Shown here: positions 60,278 through 64,000 of the stretch, in pieces
Numbering within the stretch: position 1 is the first letter of the stretch
Layout of the letters: each line of letters starts with the position of its first letter
Assembly (NCBI GenBank): GCA_965207885.1
Contig: OZ242311.1
Span: 3,744,001-3,808,000, forward strand
Length of the DNA: 64,000 nt
DNA from: Candidatus Latescibacterota bacterium
GTDB lineage: Bacteria > Latescibacterota > UBA2968
Reading direction: 5' to 3'
Made by a program: the position numbers and the translations under genes
Notes under the pieces: generated by a model
Told to the model about the DNA's origin: nothing
Seen by the model: only the letters and a program-made list of their open reading frames with translations
Databases searched by the model: none

Positions 60278-61212
60278 ATCATCTATCGCGCGTTGTCCCC
60301 TTGCTGGGCCTACTTGCAGTGTACGGCCTATTCGCCATTCTCGGTCCCGACAGCTTTAGCAGCGGTCGCAACCTCGAAACCATCGCGCGTCAAACAGCCA
60401 TTGTAGGCACGGCAGCACTCGGCATGACCCTCGTCATCATTGCCGGAGGCATTGACCTATCCGTCGGCTCCATCATAGCCCTGACCACTGTCACCATCGC
60501 CGCATCGCTCCAGACTGATCTGTCACCCCCTGTTGCCGCGCTCATCGGCATACTCACAGGTGCGCTGTGTGGCCTTGTCAACGGCCTGATCATCACCCGT
60601 TTTCGCGTCGTGCCTTTTATCGTCACACTCGGCACGCTACTGCTCGTGCGCGGCATTGCCAAAGGACTGGCCAGCGAACAAAAAATCGACGCCCCCCTCA
60701 CCTATCTCATCGACCTGCTCGCAGCACTACCGCAAGGTGCGTGGTGGATATTCCCACCCGGCGTATGGCTCCTCATCATCCTCGCCCTGCTCACCGGCGG
60801 ATTCCTCGCCTATACCCGACCTGGCAAACACATCGTCGCCATTGGATCCAACGAAAACACGGCTCGCCTGTGCGGTATCCGCGTCGAAGCCACCAAATTA
60901 CTCGTCTATACCCTCGCCGGAACATCCGCAGGCATAGCCGGGCTCCTCCAATTTTCTCGCCTCACCGTAGGCGATCCCACGGTCGCTGTTGGCCTCGAAC
61001 TCGACGTCATTGCAGCCGTTGTCATCGGCGGGGGCAGCCTCTCAGGCGGCGAAGGCTCAGTACTCGGCAGCGTGGTCGGCGCCCTGATCATGACCGTCAT
61101 CCGCTCTGGCTGTTCACAAATGGGCTTGCCAAATTGGGTACAAGAAATCGTCACCGGCATTATTATAGTCATCGCCGTGGCAGTCGATAGACTGAGACAT
61201 CGAGAAAGATAG
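60274..61212 (+). CDS. Sugar ABC transporter permease (RbsC-like)
   Basis: GGIDLSVG, PFIVTLG, AIGSNE, ELDVIAAVVIGG. Confidence 0.93.
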   Translation: MNHLSRVVPLLGLLAVYGLFAILGPDSFSSGRNLETIARQTAIVGTAALGMTLVIIAGGIDLSVGSIIALTTVTIAASLQTDLSPPVAALIGILTGALCGLVNGLIITRFRVVPFIVTLGTLLLVRGIAKGLASEQKIDAPLTYLIDLLAALPQGAWWIFPPGVWLLIILALLTGGFLAYTRPGKHIVAIGSNENTARLCGIRVEATKLLVYTLAGTSAGIAGLLQFSRLTVGDPTVAVGLELDVIAAVVIGGGSLSGGEGSVLGSVVGALIMTVIRSGCSQMGLPNWVQEIVTGIIIVIAVAVDRLRHRER

Positions 61213-61332
61213 ACGAAGTAATCCAGTCTATTTTTTGCAACTTATTTTTCATACCTGAGTTAGAAAAAACATATCTTATTGTAGACCCGAGCCAACGACG
61301 TGGCTCATTCACCCATTCCAAGGAGTACACCC

Positions 61333-61776
61333 ATGCAAACCCTACACACGCTCTCCCTCATCGCCCTCGCCTTTTTGTTCACCACAGCCCCTGCCTTTGC
61401 AGGCACCGTCGAAGTAGAAGGCGAAGGCACACCAGCCCTGTACGTGGTCAAGGTACACGCTGACTGGTGCGGCTCCTGCAAGGCACTGGTGCCCATTCTC
61501 GACGAAGTCCGAGAAACCATGTCTGCCGAGCCTGTCCTCTTTCTCACCCTGGACGTGACCGACGCAGACCGCACCGGCCAGGCCCGCCTGCTGGCCGCAG
61601 CCCTCGGCATAGAGCAACACCTCAAAACCAATAACAAGACCGGGCTGGTCCTGATCATCAACCCCTCGGATAAAGCCCTACTGGAAACCCTGACTAAGGA
61701 AAACACCGCCGATGAAATGATCGGCAAAATCGAGGCCCGTATTGCCGAAACTGCGGACGAGGACATGGACATGTGA
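61333..61776 (+). CDS. Secreted thioredoxin-like protein
   Basis: Signal peptide, HADWCGSCK. Confidence 0.8.
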   Translation: MQTLHTLSLIALAFLFTTAPAFAGTVEVEGEGTPALYVVKVHADWCGSCKALVPILDEVRETMSAEPVLFLTLDVTDADRTGQARLLAAALGIEQHLKTNNKTGLVLIINPSDKALLETLTKENTADEMIGKIEARIAETADEDMDM

Positions 61777-61872
61777 GGCAAGAGATCGAATTACGGTGCA
61801 TCGCTTAGCGAACACTGGGCGATGTACCTGAAAAATCAACTATATCAAAACTGCAATTATCGGAATCAACAC

Positions 61873-63150
61873 ATGAACAAAGACACTGCATTTCAAATGG
61901 GAGCCTCAAACCTGCGTTTTGGGGTGGGAACAACGCGAGAGATCGGCATGGATCTGTCCGACATGGGCCTTGAGCGCGTCCTCGTCATCACCGATCCCAA
62001 CCTCGTTGATCTCCCCCCCGTTCAAACCGCGAGAGAGAGCCTCGAATCTGAAGGCATAGAATACGATCTGTTCGATCGCGTCCGCGTGGAACCCACAGAT
62101 ATCTCCTTCAAAGACGCCATCGCAGTCGCCACAGAAGGTGCTTACGAAGGCTATGTCGCCATCGGGGGCGGTTCATCTATCGACACTGCAAAAGCGGCCA
62201 ATCTATTTGCAACCTATCCCGACGACTTCTTCGCCTATATCAACGCGCCCATCGGCCAGGGCAAACCCGTTCCCGGCCCCGTCAAACCCCTCTTTGCCAT
62301 ACCCACCACAGCCGGCACGGGAAGTGAAACCACGGGCGTAGCCATTATGGACCTCTCTGACCGCCACGTCAAAACCGGCATTGCACACCGCTATCTCAAA
62401 CCCGACCTCGCCATCGTCGATCCCGAAAACACGCGCACCATGCCGCCTTCTATCGCGGCAGCAACCGGCCTCGATGTCCTTTGCCACGCCCTCGAATCCT
62501 TTACCGCCATCCCCTATACCGAACGCCCCAGACCCAATCGCCCAATCGAACGCCCCGCCTATCAGGGCGCCAATCCCATTTCCGACCTGTGGGCACTCAA
62601 AGCCATTGAAATGACCACGCAATACCTGCCCCGCGCGGTTCGCAACCCCGATGATGACGAAGCCCGCGCGCAAATGATCCTCGCTGCATCGCTCGCCGGC
62701 ATCGGCTTTGGCAATGCAGGCGTTCACCTCTGTCACGGTATGTCGTATCCCGTATCGGGTATGGTGCGGGACTTCAAACCCAAAGGCATGATCACGGACC
62801 ATGCCATTATCCCACACGGCATGTCCGTCGTCCTCAACGCCCCTCCCGTCTTTCGCTTCACAGGGCCCGCGCGACCAGACCGCCACCTTCGGGCTGCCCA
62901 GATCATGGGCGCTGATATCTCCAACGCATCTCCCGACGAAGCGGGCCACATTCTCGCCGATCAAATCGTAGCTATGATGAAGCAACTCGAAGTGCCCAAT
63001 GGTCTGTCAGCAATCGGCTTCACCGAAAGCGACATTCCCGCACTCGTCGAAGGCACCCTCCCCCAACACCGCGTCACCAAACTCTCACCGCGCCCCGCAG
63101 AAGCCGAAGACCTAAAAGCCTTGTTCAAAGATGCAATGATCGCATGGTAA
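61873..63150 (+). CDS. Hydroxyacid-oxoacid transhydrogenase (iron-containing ADH family)
   Basis: GGGSSIDTAK, PTTAGTGSETTG, RPAYQGANPISD, HLCHGMSYPVSG, QHRVTKLSPR. Confidence 0.9.
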   Translation: MNKDTAFQMGASNLRFGVGTTREIGMDLSDMGLERVLVITDPNLVDLPPVQTARESLESEGIEYDLFDRVRVEPTDISFKDAIAVATEGAYEGYVAIGGGSSIDTAKAANLFATYPDDFFAYINAPIGQGKPVPGPVKPLFAIPTTAGTGSETTGVAIMDLSDRHVKTGIAHRYLKPDLAIVDPENTRTMPPSIAAATGLDVLCHALESFTAIPYTERPRPNRPIERPAYQGANPISDLWALKAIEMTTQYLPRAVRNPDDDEARAQMILAASLAGIGFGNAGVHLCHGMSYPVSGMVRDFKPKGMITDHAIIPHGMSVVLNAPPVFRFTGPARPDRHLRAAQIMGADISNASPDEAGHILADQIVAMMKQLEVPNGLSAIGFTESDIPALVEGTLPQHRVTKLSPRPAEAEDLKALFKDAMIAW

Positions 63151-63233
63151 TCAAAGGTTGCCATTCTGTTTCCGAAATATTATGATGTAAGCACCAACAG
63201 CATTGATATACAGGCATAACAGGAGGGGGTTTC

Positions 63234-64000
63234 GTGGACGCTAAACTAATCTGGCTTTTTGCTTTTGTGGGACTTTACTGGGCATACTGTCTCTTCTGGG
63301 GTGTCAGAGGCGCCATTTCCTCACGCACATCAACCGACTACTTCGTGGCCGGGCGCACCATTGGCTTATGGGTATTTGTTCTCGCGGCCACCGCCACCAG
63401 CTTTTCCGGCTGGACCTTTGTAGGGCACCCCGGCAAAATCCTCATCGATGGCCTGCCCTACGCATTCGCTTCCTTCTATGCCCTCACAATTCCCTTTACC
63501 GGCGTGCTCTTTTTGCGCCGCCAATGGGTTGTTGGTCGAGCTTTTGAACACATTACCCCCGGCGAAATGTACACCACCTATTACGGTGGCAATGCCATGC
63601 GCCTGCTCACAGTTCTCGTCGCCTTCCTCTTTTCAGTACCTTATCTCGGGGTACAACTTCGCGCCTCTGGTGACCTCTTCCACGTACTCACCGACGGCAT
63701 GATCGGCATTGAAATTGGCATGTTTGCCCTCTCTGCCATTGTTATGATCTACGTCGCATCCGGCGGTCTTCGATCCGTAGCCTATGTTGACTGTGCCCAG
63801 TGCATCTTGCTCGCCCTCGGCATTGTCATCCTCGGTGGCATCGCCATCAGCTTTGCAGGGGGTTGGGGCGGTTTTACCGACGGTCTTGCAAATTATGTCA
63901 AACAAGACCTCGCATCGGGACAAAAACTCACCCCCGCTGGCCACTCAAACATCGTAGCGATGCCGGGAACGATCCAGGCCGTAGCTTCAGGGGCAGAAGC
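63234..64000 (+). CDS. Sodium:solute symporter family protein, 5' part (runs off the window edge)
   Basis: Manual translation MDAKLIWLFAFVGLYWAYC...DYFVAGR...ATATSFSGWTFVGHPG...GGLRSVAY; AGGAGG RBS; not in the ORF track. Confidence 0.88.
   Translation, partial: MDAKLIWLFAFVGLYWAYCLFWGVRGAISSRTSTDYFVAGRTIGLWVFVLAATATSFSGWTFVGHPGKILIDGLPYAFASFYALTIPFTGVLFLRRQWVVGRAFEHITPGEMYTTYYGGNAMRLLTVLVAFLFSVPYLGVQLRASGDLFHVLTDGMIGIEIGMFALSAIVMIYVASGGLRSVAYVDCAQCILLALGIVILGGIAISFAGGWGGFTDGLANYVKQDLASGQKLTPAGHSNIVAMPGTIQAVASGAE

Noticed and set aside
61305-61781. 158-aa minus-strand ORF
   Set aside because: Antisense to the thioredoxin-like gene, which has a signal peptide, WCxxC and an RBS

Overview
A gene-dense bacterial chromosomal window of about 50-55% GC. 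Abundant sulfatases, peptide and sugar ABC systems and a dockerin-like EF-hand tail suggest a Latescibacterota/Gemmatimonadota-like diderm heterotroph (inference only). It contains four tRNAs (Gly-GCC, initiator Met, His-GTG, Arg-TCT), housekeeping genes (rnhB fused to YraN, hisS, aspS, phoH-7TM/HD-ybeY-corC, nrdR) and large catabolic/transport clusters. No rRNA, CRISPR array, integrase or transposase was seen. The best candidate for an undescribed system is an AT-rich, translationally coupled three-gene cassette at 15453-17931. In it, a ~595-aa protein with a HEPN-like Rx5H motif ends in a VapB-type antitoxin-like tail, directly upstream of a PIN/VapC toxin and an orphan antitoxin. Other notable items: a nucleotidyltransferase TA-like pair inserted in an ABC operon between repeat elements; an intergenic block of inverted 8-mer arrays; tandem NrdR boxes over the promoter of a stand-alone nrdR; a beta-propeller-YjgN fusion (frameshifted near its end) paired with an M48 protease; a PufC-like tetraheme cytochrome; and a candidate structured RNA.
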